Shown piece by piece: positions 39,495 to 56,771 of a DNA stretch of 64,000 bases. How positions within the stretch are numbered: the stretch's first letter is position 1; the number at the start of each line of letters is the position of its first letter. The DNA comes from an uncultured Chloroflexia bacterium. GTDB taxonomy: Bacteria; Chloroflexota; Anaerolineae; JAAYZQ01. The notes beneath the pieces were generated by a model. The model did not search any database and was not told the DNA's origin. It saw nothing but the letters and a program-made list of their open reading frames with translations. Made by a program: the position numbers and the translations under genes. The stretch is taken from positions 2,080,001-2,144,000 of the forward strand of contig CAVOXA010000010.1 in the NCBI GenBank assembly GCA_963700285.1. The letters are read 5' to 3'.

Positions 39495-40375
39495 TCTACT
39501 TCTTCTCCCGATTCGATGTACGGAGTTCGATGTTCGATGTCCGTGGATCGACGTTCCTTCTCAGACATCGAAGGTCGAAGCTCGAACTGAAACAGACGCT
39601 GGGCGTTGGCCGTCGTCGCCTCTGCCAGTTCGTCCAATGATATGCCTCTCAGGTCCGCGATGCGCTCGGCCACCAGCCGGACGTAGGCCGGCTCGTTGCG
39701 CTTGCCCCGGTGGGGATGCGGCGCCAGGAAAGGGCAATCGGTCTCCACCAGGAGGCGGTCCAGCGGCAGCGCCTGCACAATGTCGGGCAGCTGGCGCGCG
39801 TTCTTGTAGGTCACCGGCCCCGAGATCGAGATGTAGAAGCCCAGTTCGATGGCCCGCTCGGCCATGGCCAGGTCGCCGGAGAAGGTATGCAGCACTCCCA
39901 GCCGCCCGGCCAGAGCGCTGAACCCTGCAGCCCCGCTGCCCAGTCGGCCAGGATGTCCATGATCTCGTCGTGGGCATCGCGGTCGTGGATGACCACCGGC
40001 TTGCCCAGCTTGGCCGGCCCAGGCCAAGTTGAGCCCGAAAGGCCCGCCGCTGCACGTCGCGGGGCGACCGGTCCCGGTAGAAGTCCAGCCCAATCTCCCC
40101 CACGGCCACGACCTTGGGCTGCTGGGCCAGCGTCGCGCAGTTCGGCCAGCGCCGCGCCATCCAGCTTCTTGGCGTCGTGAGGGATGCATCCCCACGGCAG
40201 CATAGATCCGCTCGTACTCCGCCGCCAGCGCGACGGCCCGCCGGCTGGAGGCCAGATCGGTCCCGACGTTGACAATGGCTGCCACACCGGCCGCTCGGGC
40301 CCGCTCGATGACAGCCTCCCGGTCGGCGTCAAACTGGCGAAAGTCGAGGTGGGCGTGGGTGTCAACCAGGTTCAC
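39491..40375 (-). CDS. TatD family hydrolase (internal frameshifts)
   Basis: VDTHAHL, VGEIGLDFY, IHDRDA, GVLHTFSG, LLVETDCPFL. Confidence 0.9.
   Translation of the reverse strand: MNLVDTHAHLDFRQFDADREAVIERARAAGVAAIVNVGTDLASSRRAVALAAEYERIYAAVGMHPSRRQEAGWRGAGRTARRWPSSPRSWPWGRLGWTSTGTGRPATCSGGPFGLNLAWAGQAGQAGGHPRPRCPRRDHGHPGRLGSGAAGFSALAGRLGVLHTFSGDLAMAERAIELGFYISISGPVTYKNARQLPDIVQALPLDRLLVETDCPFLAPHPHRGKRNEPAYVRLVAERIADLRGISLDELAEATTANAQRLFQFELRPSMSEKERRSTDIEHRTPYIESGEEVD
39512..39587. repeat. Second TTCGAT/TCGAAC heptamer inverted array, in the TatD 3' end
   Basis: TTCGATG repeats facing ATCGAAG-GTCGAAG-CTCGAAC. Confidence 0.7.
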
Positions 40376-40400
40376 GATTTCATCCCGCTTGCGGTCTGCC

Positions 40401-41829
40401 CTAATCCTCTTTCAGCCCAGCAATGCGCAGCCCATCCTCCAGGATCGGCTGGACCCGTTCCTCCTCCGTCGTCTCGCAGTAGACGCGCAGGATCGGCTCG
40501 GTGCCTGAGAAGCGGATGAGCAGCCAGCCACCATCAGCCAGGCCGAACTTGAAGCCGTCGGTCGTGTCCAGGCCGGTCACTGCCAGCCCACCGATGGTGG
40601 CCGGGTTGGCGTCCAGGATCCGCTGCCGGGTGGCCTCGCGCTGGTCGGCCGGGAAACGGCTGTCAATGCGGTCGTAGTAGTGGGCGCCCACCTGGCTGTA
40701 GAGGTGCTCGATGAGCTGCGATGGTGTCTTGCCCATGCGCACCATCAGGTCCAGGATGTAGAGTCCGGCCAGGATGCCATCGCGCTCGGGCACGTGGCCC
40801 CGGAAGGCATAGCCGCCGCTTTCCTCGCCGCCGATGAGGGCATCGGTTTCCAGCATCTTGGGCGCCACGTACTTGAAGCCCACGCCGGTCTGGTAGACCG
40901 GCACATCATAGATCTTGCCCAACTTTTCCAGCATCGAGGTCGTGGACAGGGTCTTGACGATGGGCCCGCGCTCGCCTCGCACCTCCAGGAAATACATGGC
41001 CAGCAGGGCATAGACCTGGAGTTGGTTGACAAATTGCCCATGCTCGTCGCCGATGCCCACCCGGTCGGCATCGCCGTCGTTGATGATGGCCACGTCGGCG
41101 CCCACCTCCAGCACCTTGGCCAGGCCCACGTCCACGTTGGGCGGGATCGGCTCGGGGCGGCTCATCTCTGGGAAGAGCGGGTTGCGCTCGGCGTGGATCT
41201 CGACGATGCGCGTCTTGCCGCCGCCCAGAATGCGGGGGAACCAGCCCGCGCCGTTGCCCCACATGGCATCCACCAGCACGGTGAGCCCGGCATCCTTGAT
41301 GGGCTGTACGTCGATCAGCCGCTCGATCTGGGCCAGGTAGGCCGGCGCCGGGATCAAAGTAGGTCGACTGTCCCCTGGGCCAGAGCGTCCTCCAGGGCGA
41401 CGCGCTTGACCCCTTCGATGTCGGGAATGCGATGCTCGATCTCTACCAGTCCGTCGGGGGCAATGGCCCCGCCGTGCTCGTCGCGCACCTTGAAACCATT
41501 GTCCGGTAGGCGGATTGTGGCTGGCGGTGACGTTGACCGCCCCAGCTGCTCCCTGGGCCACCACCGCATAAGAGATGACGGGCGTCGGTGTCGCTCCATC
41601 GGTCAGCAGAACGCGAAAGCCATTGGCCGCCAGCACCTCGGCCACAGCGGCGGCAAAGTGCTCCGCGGCGAAACGTTTGTCGTGTCCGACGACGATTCTT
41701 CTCGCCCTCTTTGCCCTGGGCCAGCATGTAGGAGGCAAACCCCTGGGCACAGCGGCGTACGTTGTCAAAGGTATAGTCCTCGGCGACACGGCCCCGCCAG
41801 CCGTCGGTGCCAAAGCGAATGTCAGTCAT
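40401..41829 (-). CDS. Phosphoglucomutase/phosphomannomutase (frameshifted)
   Basis: [37 protein letters not shown]. Confidence 0.92.
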
Positions 41830-41840
41830 GAATCCCCTCC

Positions 41841-42819
<979 letters not shown>

Positions 42820-42824
42820 CGATC

Positions 42825-43812
42825 CTATCCCAGGGTATCTGTCGGGCAGTTGCCTGCCTTTTTCATCTCTGCGCGCCAGTAGTCCAGGATATCATCCAAG
42901 CTCTGCTCAAAGGGGATCGTCGGCCTGCCAACCGGTACGCTCGCGGATCCGGGTAGCATCGCAGACAACCTCCGGCACGTCCGACGGACGCATCCGCTCC
43001 GGATCCTGCCGCACCTCGATGGGCACCCTGGCTCATCGCCAGCAGGAGTGTCCAGCACCTCCTGGATGGCATGGGATTCGCCCGAACCCACATTGTACAC
43101 CTGTCCCGGCTCGCCGCAGGTGATGAGCAATACATAGGCCCGAACCACATCGCGCACATCGCTAAAATCGCGACGGGCTTCCAGATTGCCCACCTCCATG
43201 ACGGGGGGCTGCAGTCCCAATTCAACAGCGGCGATCTGGCTGGCAAAATCAGGAGCCACAAAGCCAAGGCGCTGCCGGGGACCGATGTGATTAAAGGGTC
43301 GCGCCCGAACGACGTGCAGTTTGTGGGTCAGATGGTACTGCAGCCCCAGCAGATCCTGGGCCACCTTGCTGATGGCATAGGCGCTCAGGGGGCGCAGGGG
43401 CGTGTCCTCGTCAATGGGCAGATCCTGTGGCGAGACCAGACCATACTCCTCGCCAGAGCCGACCACCAACACCCGGCAGTCGGGATTGACCTGGACTACC
43501 CCCTCCAGAACGTTGAGCTTGCATGCGAATATTGGTTTCCAGCGTGCCCCACGGATCGCGGTGCGAGGCGGACACGAGTGGCTGCGCTGCCAGGTGAAAG
43601 ATAACGTCCGGCTGCGCTTGCTCCAGAATAAAGGTCATCACGTCCAGGCGAGAAAGCTCAGCCGGGTATAGCTCCAACTGGCCACAGAGATCGGCAATAT
43701 TGCCGTACGGCCCAAAGACCGTGCCGGCTACCTCCCAGTCGGTGGTCTCGAGCAGGTACTCGGCCAGATGACTGCCCACAAATCCAGAGATGCCGGTGAT
43801 GAGTGCTTTCAA
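42825..43812 (-). CDS. GDP-4-keto-6-deoxy-mannose reductase-like SDR (Rmd-like), frameshifted
   Basis: [54 protein letters not shown]. Confidence 0.78.
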
Positions 43813-44176
43813 GACGTCCTCCGGCAGACAGGTCCGCTGAGTGGGATCTGGATCATCTGCAAAGCGCTGCATCCATGGAGCGCTCTTACCCCACGCTGCG
43901 CGGCCCATTATACCCTACTTTGGGTCTCACCGCAAAGGGGCAGGACCAGGGGGCCAACCAAGTGGCCAGTCATACCGTCAAGGCACTCACTGCGAGTAGA
44001 TGATTGCAGGGCTGTGAGGCAAAGGGTTCAAGGGAATGCGAGTATTTCCAAGTCTTCTCTCCATTCTCCGCGATCTCTGGGCAAAGATACGTGGAACTAC
44101 CAAGACCTAGCGGTTGCGGACTTGGGCAATTGGTGCTATAATAGGGCGATAGCTGGACAGGAGATAACGATCTATC

Positions 44177-45592
44177 ATGCTAAATAACAGTGCAGAAGAG
44201 GCAGTTTCTTCTAGTTCTCGCCAAAAACGAAGACAGGGAGGAGGGCTGCGGCCCTGGATGCTGGGCCTGCTCGTATTGGTCGCCGCCTTTCTGCTGGTGG
44301 TGCTGGGCGCATTGCAGGGATGGTTCAAGACCCCCGAGGTCAGCGAGGTAGCATGGCTGCAAGACTCCGCACTCGCCAAGGCATTGGCAACGGCCACCCC
44401 CACCCCCGTCCCGACGCCAACCTTGATGCCTAGCGAGGTTGCAGCCCAGTTCATACCTCAATTAGAGGGAGCGCTGGAGCACGAAACCTGGGTCCGCGTT
44501 CTGGAGATCGTCGCGATCATGCAGGCCGTAGACATGAACGGCGAGCAAGTACGCCAGTGGTCCGGCAAAGCGCACCAGCAGTACGGTCAGGCTCTGGTAG
44601 AGGCTGGCCAAGAGGATGAGGCCCAGGCCCAATTTGATGAGGCTGTTGCGCAGGATCCCGCAAACGAAACTGCCCTATTGTGGCAGGACGCGACAACACG
44701 ATACCGGGCAGGCAGGGAAGCTTTCAATGCTGGTGAATGGGATGAGGCCATCAAGGCTTTCAAGCAGGTCGACAAGCGTATCCAGGGCTACAGCGATGTC
44801 TTTGTATACCTGACCAATAGCTACCACCACAAGGGCCAAAGGGCCATCGAGCAGGAAGACTGGTCCGTAGCCCTCGATTCCTTGCACCAGGCGATTGAGC
44901 GGACACCCAAGGATGCTCCCTCGGCAGCCGAGTTGGCAGGGCTCTTGTCAGTGGCCTATCGCGGCCAGGCTGGCGTGGCCATGGGCAGGGAGAATTGGAC
45001 CGGCGCCATCGAGGTATTGAGCGAGGCCAGGGAGCAGCTCCCCAAGGATCAGGACGTGGTGGACCTCTTGGGGCAAGCCTATCGCCAGCGGGGCATCGCC
45101 CAGCAGGAAGAGGTCAAGCTCAAGCCAGCCAAGGCTGACCTGGAGATGGCGCTGACCCTCCGGCCCAATGACGAGAATGCGCAGAAGCACCTAGACCGCG
45201 TCAAATACCTCCTCTCCAAAAAGATCGAAATAGACATCTCCAAGCAGCGCATGTATGTCTGGAAAGACGAAAAGCTGGTCTACAGTTGGAAAGTATCGAC
45301 CGGCCTCCGCGGGCGAGACACTTCCACGGGCCGCTTCCAGGTGCTTGACAAGATACCGATGGCTTACTCCAGGGTCTGGCGCCTAAAGATGCCCTACTGG
45401 CTGGGCATCTACTGGGTCCAGGGCATCGAAAACGGTATCCACGCCTTGCCCATCCGGCCCGACGGTAGTATCATGTGGGGAGGACTCTTGGGCCAGAAGG
45501 CTTCCTATGGCTGCGTCATCTTGAGCAAGGCGGCGGCCAAGCAACTGTACGACTGGGCCGACATCGGCACGCAGGTACACATTCACCAATAG
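44177..45592 (+). CDS. Membrane-anchored TPR-repeat L,D-transpeptidase (YkuD domain)
   Basis: TM segment, TPTP linker, TPR-like helices, IEIDISKQRM..VSTG..GIHA..SYGCV. Confidence 0.88.
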   Translation: MLNNSAEEAVSSSSRQKRRQGGGLRPWMLGLLVLVAAFLLVVLGALQGWFKTPEVSEVAWLQDSALAKALATATPTPVPTPTLMPSEVAAQFIPQLEGALEHETWVRVLEIVAIMQAVDMNGEQVRQWSGKAHQQYGQALVEAGQEDEAQAQFDEAVAQDPANETALLWQDATTRYRAGREAFNAGEWDEAIKAFKQVDKRIQGYSDVFVYLTNSYHHKGQRAIEQEDWSVALDSLHQAIERTPKDAPSAAELAGLLSVAYRGQAGVAMGRENWTGAIEVLSEAREQLPKDQDVVDLLGQAYRQRGIAQQEEVKLKPAKADLEMALTLRPNDENAQKHLDRVKYLLSKKIEIDISKQRMYVWKDEKLVYSWKVSTGLRGRDTSTGRFQVLDKIPMAYSRVWRLKMPYWLGIYWVQGIENGIHALPIRPDGSIMWGGLLGQKASYGCVILSKAAAKQLYDWADIGTQVHIHQ

Positions 45593-45744
45593 ATGACAAA
45601 AGCCGCGGCCACTGCCGTGGCAATTCGCTCTCCTGCAGACCAGGCCTCCGGACGCTGTCACGCCTGTCGGCGCGTCGGTACCGGGCGACCGGCTCACTAT
45701 GCAGCCTGCGCAGGAACAGCATCTGACATTAGGAGGCATAGCCA

Positions 45745-46942
45745 ATGAGTATGGATGTGGGCCAATTGACCCAGATGACCACCTGGCTGGATGAGGAACA
45801 CCGCCGCGACAAGGCGGAACTCATCAGGCTGCAGCAACGAGTCGAAAGCCAGGAAGGTGAACTGCAAGACCAGTCTCGCCTCATCAAGGATCTGGAAGGC
45901 CGCATGGTCAGCATGCAGGCCCAATTGCTCAGATTCTCCCAGATTGAGACGGCCCTGCAGCAGCTCAAGGATGAAGTGGTGCAGATGTTCGCCCAGGCCG
46001 ACGAGCGCCGCCAGCAGGAGGCGCGGGAAGCGGAACGGGTGCGGGCCATCGAGCGCGACAATGTCTCCAAGGCGTTGAACGAGATCCGCCGCGATCTGCA
46101 GCGCCTGCCCCGCATCGACGAGGAGTTGGGCCTGCGCAAGGCAGAACAGAACCGCGTGGGCGAATCGGTGCTGAACATGCAGCAGGAACTCAACACCCTC
46201 AAGCAAGGAGGTCGAGAACAAGGTGCGCGGCATCCCCTTCCTGGAGGATGGTCGCCAGCAGGATGCCAAGCGGATCGCCCGCCTGCAGCAGGAGTCGCTG
46301 GAGGCACTGAAGCGCATCGAGCAGCAGGGTTCGCGCCTGCAGATGATCGAAGATGTGATGCAGCGCCAGGAGCGGGACACAGGGGAGCTAAAGGAATTGT
46401 TTCCCCAACTGCGCGTGGCACAACGGGAGTTCATCGAGGGACAATTGCTGGAGACCGAGCAGGTCAAACGCCAGATGGCAGAGTGGATCGAGACGCTGGA
46501 GTGTACAGGTCAAAAAGATGGACGAGCATTCCGCCCGCATGCAGGAGTTTACGGAAGCATTCCGCGAGGACCGCCAGGTGGTTGGCAACGTCGAGCGTTT
46601 CCAGGAGCAGATCCGGCGAGAGCAGACCCAGGTCTCCGAATTGCAGCGCCTGAGCGAGGAGCGCCAGAAACGCCAGTTGGAGCAGTGGCAGGAAGAGAAC
46701 GAGAAACGCTGGAGAAAAGAGCTCCTGCGCTGGGACCACCAGTGGGGCGAGCAAGCCAAACGCAACCAGCAGGCTGGCGTTCGGTTTCTCGAATTGGAAG
46801 GTCGGCTGGCAGCGCCACCGGATCGAGATCGACGGCGGCGTGGAAGTTCCTGGAATCGCAGATCACCTACCAGACCCAGGAATCGCGCCGCTGGCTGGGC
46901 GAGATGACCCGGCTGCTGGAGGCGCGGCCCAAGAAGGAATGA
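45745..46942 (+). CDS. Long coiled-coil hypothetical protein (frameshifted)
   Basis: AGGAGG RBS; E/Q/R-rich heptad sequence continues across frames to the stop overlapping selB. Confidence 0.75.
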
Positions 46943-48873
46943 GGTCAGTGCGCGTAATCGGAACAGCAGGCCACGTGGATCATGGCAAGTCTACGCTGGT
47001 CCATGCCCTGACCGGGATCGATCCAGACCGGCTCAAGGAAGAAAAAGAGCGGGAGATGACCATCGACCTGGGCTTTGCCTGGCTGACACTGCCCAGCGGC
47101 GAGCGGGTCGGCATCGTGGACGTGCCGGGCCACAAGGATTTTATCAAGAACATGCTGGCCGGTGTGGGCGGCATCGACGCCGCCCTCTTTGTCGTTGCTG
47201 CCGACGAAGGGGTGATGCCCCAGACCCGCGAGCACCTGGCCATTCTCGATCTGCTGCAGGTGCCGGGCGGCGTGGTGGCGCTGACCAAGGTGGACATGGC
47301 CGAGGACGAGGACTGGCTGGAGCTGGTGGAGGCCGATCTGCTGGACGTGCTGGAGGGCACAGTCCTGGATGGGGCGGCAATGGTGCGCTGCTCGGCGCGA
47401 ACGGGGGAGGGACTCGAGACGTTGATGGCCGAACTGGACCGCTACCTGGCCACGAGCGCACCCCGCCGCGACATGGGACGCCCCCGCCTGCCGGTGGATC
47501 GGGTGTTCACCATCGCCGGTTTTGGCACCGTGGTCACCGGTACGCTGAGCGACGGCACGCTCACGACCGGCCAGGAAGTCGAGATCCAGCCCTCAGGGCT
47601 CAAAGCTCGCATCCGGGGGTTGCAGACTCACAAAGAAAAGATCGAGCCGGCCGTACCCGGCAGTCGCGTGGCCATCAACCTGACCGGGGTGAGCATAGAC
47701 GATGTCACTCGTGGTGACGTCGTGACGACGCCGGGCTGGCTGCGACCGACGACGCTGGTGGACTGCCACCTGCGCTACCTGGCCGACGCGCCTCTCCCCC
47801 TGAAGCACAATGCGGCGGTGGATTTCTTCAGCGGGGCCGCCGAGACCCCAGGCCCGGGTGCGCCTGCTTGGCGAGAAGGTCCTGGCTCCCGGCGAGGAAG
47901 GCTGGGTGCAGATCCGCCTGGAAAAGCCGGTGGCCCTGGTCAAGGGCGATCGGTTCATCATCCGCCAGCCATCGCCCAGCGTGACCATCGGCGGCGGCAG
48001 GGTTGTCAACCCCTTCCCTGGACGCCGCCATCGCCGCTTCCGGCCCGAGGTGATCGAGCGACTGGAGACCCTGGCCCACGGCACGCCTGAGGAGATCCTG
48101 TTACAGGCCCTGGAGCGGTAGCAGCCGTGTGAGGTGCGAGATCTGCTAGGGCAGGCAAGTCTCGCGCGGCAGCAAGCAAAGGATTCGCTGCAACTCTCGT
48201 AGAGGAGGGTCAGGCCCTGGTGTTCGATGCGTTCAAAGCCTGCCTGTCACCTATTCCGGATTCCAGCTTTCTGATCAGCCGTTCGGGCTGGGGTGCGCAG
48301 CGGGAACGGATTGAGGCCCTCTTGGGCGACTACCATCACCAGTTCCCCCTGCGGGCCGGCATGCCTCGCGAGGAGGTCAAGAGCCGGATGGTGCGTTACC
48401 TTCCGTCCTTGACGCCCAGGCTTTTCAACGAGATGCTGGGCCAGGCCATGGAGGAAGGCTGGCTCTCCGAGGCCGGGCCTGCCGCAGACCGGGTCCGTCT
48501 GACCATCCACCAGCCAACCCTCGCACCCAAACAGCAACAGGCTGTGGACTATTTGCTCTACACGTTCCGCCAGACGCCCTACACCACTCCCTCGGTAGCT
48601 CAGTGTGAGGAGCAGATTGGCAGCGAGGTCCTGAACTCCCTCATCGAGCAGGGCCAGTTGGTCAAGCTCAACGAGGATGTCATCCTTCTGACCGAGACCT
48701 ATGAGGAGATGAAGGACCAGGTAGTGGCCCATCTGGAGGAACACCTTACCATCACCGTGGCCCAGGTCCGGGACATCTTTGAAACCAGCCGCAAGTACGC
48801 CCTGGCCCTGCTGGGCTACCTGGACGAAAAGAGGATCACGCGTCGCGTGGGTGACGAGCGGGTCTTGCGCTAA
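46939..48873 (+). CDS. selB: Selenocysteine-specific elongation factor SelB (frameshifts and an internal TAG)
   Basis: GTAGHVDHGKS, DRLKEEKEREMTIDLGFA, DVPGH; C-terminal winged helix SRKYALALLGYLD..TRRVGDER. Confidence 0.93.
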
Positions 48874-48951
48874 AGGTTCAGCGATTCAACTACAGACACA
48901 CGCCGAGGGCCCTTTCAAGCATAATTGCATCCCTAGTGGAGGGCTAAGCTG

Positions 48952-49737
48952 ATGGAGATCCGCATTGCGCTGGCCCAAATAGAGGTCTTACCGGGCCAGT
49001 TGGCTAGGAACTTTGATACCGCGCGGGAGGTTACGGCTCAGGCAGCTGGTCAAGGAATCGACCTGCTCATACTGCCTGAACTGTGGCCCACTGGCTATGA
49101 TTTGGTCCAGGCCAGCGCCCATGCTTGTCCCCTGGACGAGGGTCCCTTTGCCCTGATGGCTGAGCTTGCACGAACGTATCAGATCTATATCACTGGCACG
49201 GCCTTGGAGGCCAACCCCAACGGGCATCCCTTCAACACAGCCGCACTCTATGGGCCGGAGGGCAATCGGATCGGCGCCTACCGAAAAGTCCATCTCTTTC
49301 CGCCCCTGGGTGAGGTCGAGCACATGGCTCCCGGCCAGGCATTACCAACCTTTGATCTGCCATGGGGCCGCATGGCCCTGGCCATCTGCTACGACTTGCG
49401 CTTTCCTGAATTGTGGCGGTCCTATACTGATTCCGGGGCAGAACTCATCCTGATCCCTGCCGAGTGGCCGGTACAGCGCGTCGAGCACTGGCAGCTTTTG
49501 CTTCGAGCCCGAGCCGTGGAGAACCAGTTTTTTGTCGCAGGCTGCAACCGGGTCGGCGCGGACACTGATGGAGAATACGGTGGGCATTCGGCCGTCATCG
49601 ATCCCTGGGGACGGGTCCTGGTGGAAGGCGGGCTGGAGGCAGGCTTGTTCTTCGCTACGCTTGATCTGGATGAAGTGTCGCGTTCTCGCCGCCGTCTCCC
49701 CGCCCTGGATGGCCGGCGGCCAGAAGTATACAGTTAG
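48952..49737 (+). CDS. Carbon-nitrogen (nitrilase-family) hydrolase
   Basis: LPELW, YRKVHLF, ICYDLRFPE, RARAVENQ. Confidence 0.93.
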   Translation: MEIRIALAQIEVLPGQLARNFDTAREVTAQAAGQGIDLLILPELWPTGYDLVQASAHACPLDEGPFALMAELARTYQIYITGTALEANPNGHPFNTAALYGPEGNRIGAYRKVHLFPPLGEVEHMAPGQALPTFDLPWGRMALAICYDLRFPELWRSYTDSGAELILIPAEWPVQRVEHWQLLLRARAVENQFFVAGCNRVGADTDGEYGGHSAVIDPWGRVLVEGGLEAGLFFATLDLDEVSRSRRRLPALDGRRPEVYS

Positions 49738-49767
49738 GAGGAACTATCCATCCGCAGTCCCCCATAC

Positions 49768-50745
49768 TTACTCTACCGGCTCAGCCACAACATAGATCCG
49801 TTCGGGGAAAGGCGCAACATTGGCGCCACTGCAGCTCACCAGTGTTAGGCGTTCAGAGCCTCCTGGGGAGAGAAAGCTCAAATGCTGGGTCAATTCGCCA
49901 AAGTTCTTGTGTTGCCACTTGACCTTCTTTTTCGTCTTGACCTCGTAGGCGAACGTTTCTCCGGCGCTGTTGATGACGTATACTTTGCGACCGGGCTTGA
50001 GCCGGTTTAGTCTAGCAAAGACCCCTCTATAGCCATTGCCTTGGTTGTGGCCTACCAAGATCATGTTGCCCTCTTCACCCGGATAGGCCGAACCTTCCGA
50101 ATGCCCAACCAGGTCCTTGCGACCCGACCGGAACAGTTTTTTGGTATTCCACGTCTGGAGCCCTTTACTCTCGTCGCTTTCTCGGGCCAAATGAATGACT
50201 GAGCGGTTGATATCCAGGGCTGGGATCCGGATCTTGACCGGCGGTGGCGGAGATGCAACCGCAGGCATGGGGGCAAGCGTAGCCGCGGGCGAGTGCAGGA
50301 CAGTAGCCGCCGGAGCAAAAGTTGGAACGGGGGCATCGCGAAGCACTGACACAACCATTCCAGTTGAGGCCAGCATAGGTGTAACAGTTGGTGATGAGGA
50401 AAACGTCGGGGTGGAGATTGTGACGGCCGCCGCCGTAGGGGCAAGTTGGGGCAGGGTATTGGGCCGGGGCGTGGTGGTGGGCCAGGGCGTACTACTGATC
50501 TTGGCTGAAGCCATCCAGTCTATGGTCGCTACAGGGAGTGGCGCGACATCCCCGGCTACCAGGTAGCGATCTTGGCCGATGAGCCAACTTATTAGCAAGC
50601 TATGACCAGCAAAAGTCATCGATGCTACGAGAAAAAGCACCCCAAACCCGATGAGCGCGCTGGACGCCAATCGTCCAAAACCGGCACCTTGAACGACGGC
50701 GGGAACATAGTTGGGGTTCGCTGCCCTCCAGCCTCCAGATCTCAT
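49768..50745 (-). CDS. Sortase with N-terminal TM and Pro/Thr linker
   Basis: IRIPALDI, PGEEGNMILVGHN, F..L..LKPG, LTLVSC, ERIYVVA. Confidence 0.85.
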   Translation of the reverse strand: MRSGGWRAANPNYVPAVVQGAGFGRLASSALIGFGVLFLVASMTFAGHSLLISWLIGQDRYLVAGDVAPLPVATIDWMASAKISSTPWPTTTPRPNTLPQLAPTAAAVTISTPTFSSSPTVTPMLASTGMVVSVLRDAPVPTFAPAATVLHSPAATLAPMPAVASPPPPVKIRIPALDINRSVIHLARESDESKGLQTWNTKKLFRSGRKDLVGHSEGSAYPGEEGNMILVGHNQGNGYRGVFARLNRLKPGRKVYVINSAGETFAYEVKTKKKVKWQHKNFGELTQHLSFLSPGGSERLTLVSCSGANVAPFPERIYVVAEPVE

Positions 50746-50751
50746 GCAGAG

Positions 50752-50780
50752 ATTATACCCACTTGGGAACAATCCGTCAA
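50752..50780 (-). promoter_or_regulatory. Sigma70 promoter directly before the sortase ATG
   Basis: TTGACG-17-TATAAT; ATG follows 6 nt after the -10. Confidence 0.7.
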
Positions 50781-51224
50781 CTTGGAGCCAACCAGCACGG
50801 GGCCCTCCCCTGGTACTTGCCCCATCCCCCTGGAAAGCAGTCTGGCGAAGGGAGGTTCAGTGCCCCAGACTACTCTGCAGGTACAGCCCGCACCCGTTGG
50901 TGCCCATCTCTTCCAGGATCATCTTCTCGGCGCGTTTGATGGCCACCTTCTGGCGGATGCCAACGCGCCACAAGGGCCGCAAACCCTGGTCCAGGCCGAC
51001 CTGGAACATCGATCTCTTTCCATCGAATCCACGGGTGATAGCTGATCCTATGGCTGGACCATACAGCCAACCCGTTGGAATGGCAATGCCGTCCGCGCCC
51101 GCAAGGCCATTCATACCGGCGAATGGCGTTGTCCGGTTCTGAGCTGAATGGAACAAAGCGAGGGGCCTGATCTCTACGAGCAAGCCCCTCAGATATTGCT
51201 GGTCTCAACCGATTGATCTCTGGC

Positions 51225-53729
<2,505 letters not shown>

Positions 53730-53884
53730 AGTTCAAAACTCTCTTTCCAACCCCTCAGGGGCAGATCGGACTTGTCACGACTCTGCAAGGTCAGTTCGAT
53801 TATACTCCATTATCAACCAGTTTGGCAAGAAAATCCGAGACAGAAGGGCCAGGCGGATCGCAGAGCGCCCCGGCTCGTCTTGTC

Positions 53885-56508
<2,624 letters not shown>

Positions 56509-56668
56509 AACTCTCCCTACAATGCTGGGTCGTGGTGCGAGGCGTCTGTTCCAGTACTGGACCGTACTCCAGGGCCAGAGATCCACGCTATCACAGGCCC
56601 GATCCCGACTGCGCCACCTCGCACCAGTCCCATCATAGTCAATCTTGCACAGAACGATCTTATCCGCT

Positions 56669-56712
56669 GAGTGTTAGACGAGCGTGTGAGGAGTATTAGA
56701 GTTCTGTTAGAG
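56669..56712 (-). promoter_or_regulatory. Four 11-bp-periodic direct repeats upstream of the putative clpB -10
   Basis: GAGTGTTAGAC/GAGCGTGTGAG/GAGTATTAGAG/TTCTGTTAGAG; TAAGAT -10-like at 56657-56662 (minus strand). Confidence 0.55.
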
Positions 56713-56771
56713 GTTCTCCTGGCAGTATCCGGATACTACGCTGGATCACACAGGGGGGCATTTGTCAGCTT

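Noticed and set aside
48119-48121. In-frame TAG in selB as possible amber or pyrrolysine read-through
   Set aside because: The gene also has nearby frameshifts in an indel-rich region, and no pyl genes are visible; sequencing error is simpler.
50857-51208. ORFs between the sortase and clpC
   Set aside because: No RBS or convincing motif, and they overlap the clpC terminator hairpin; at most a decayed gene fragment.
56669-56701. CIRCE/HrcA operator upstream of clpB
   Set aside because: The half-sites are in direct orientation; there is no TTAGCACTC-N9-GAGTGCTAA inverted arrangement.
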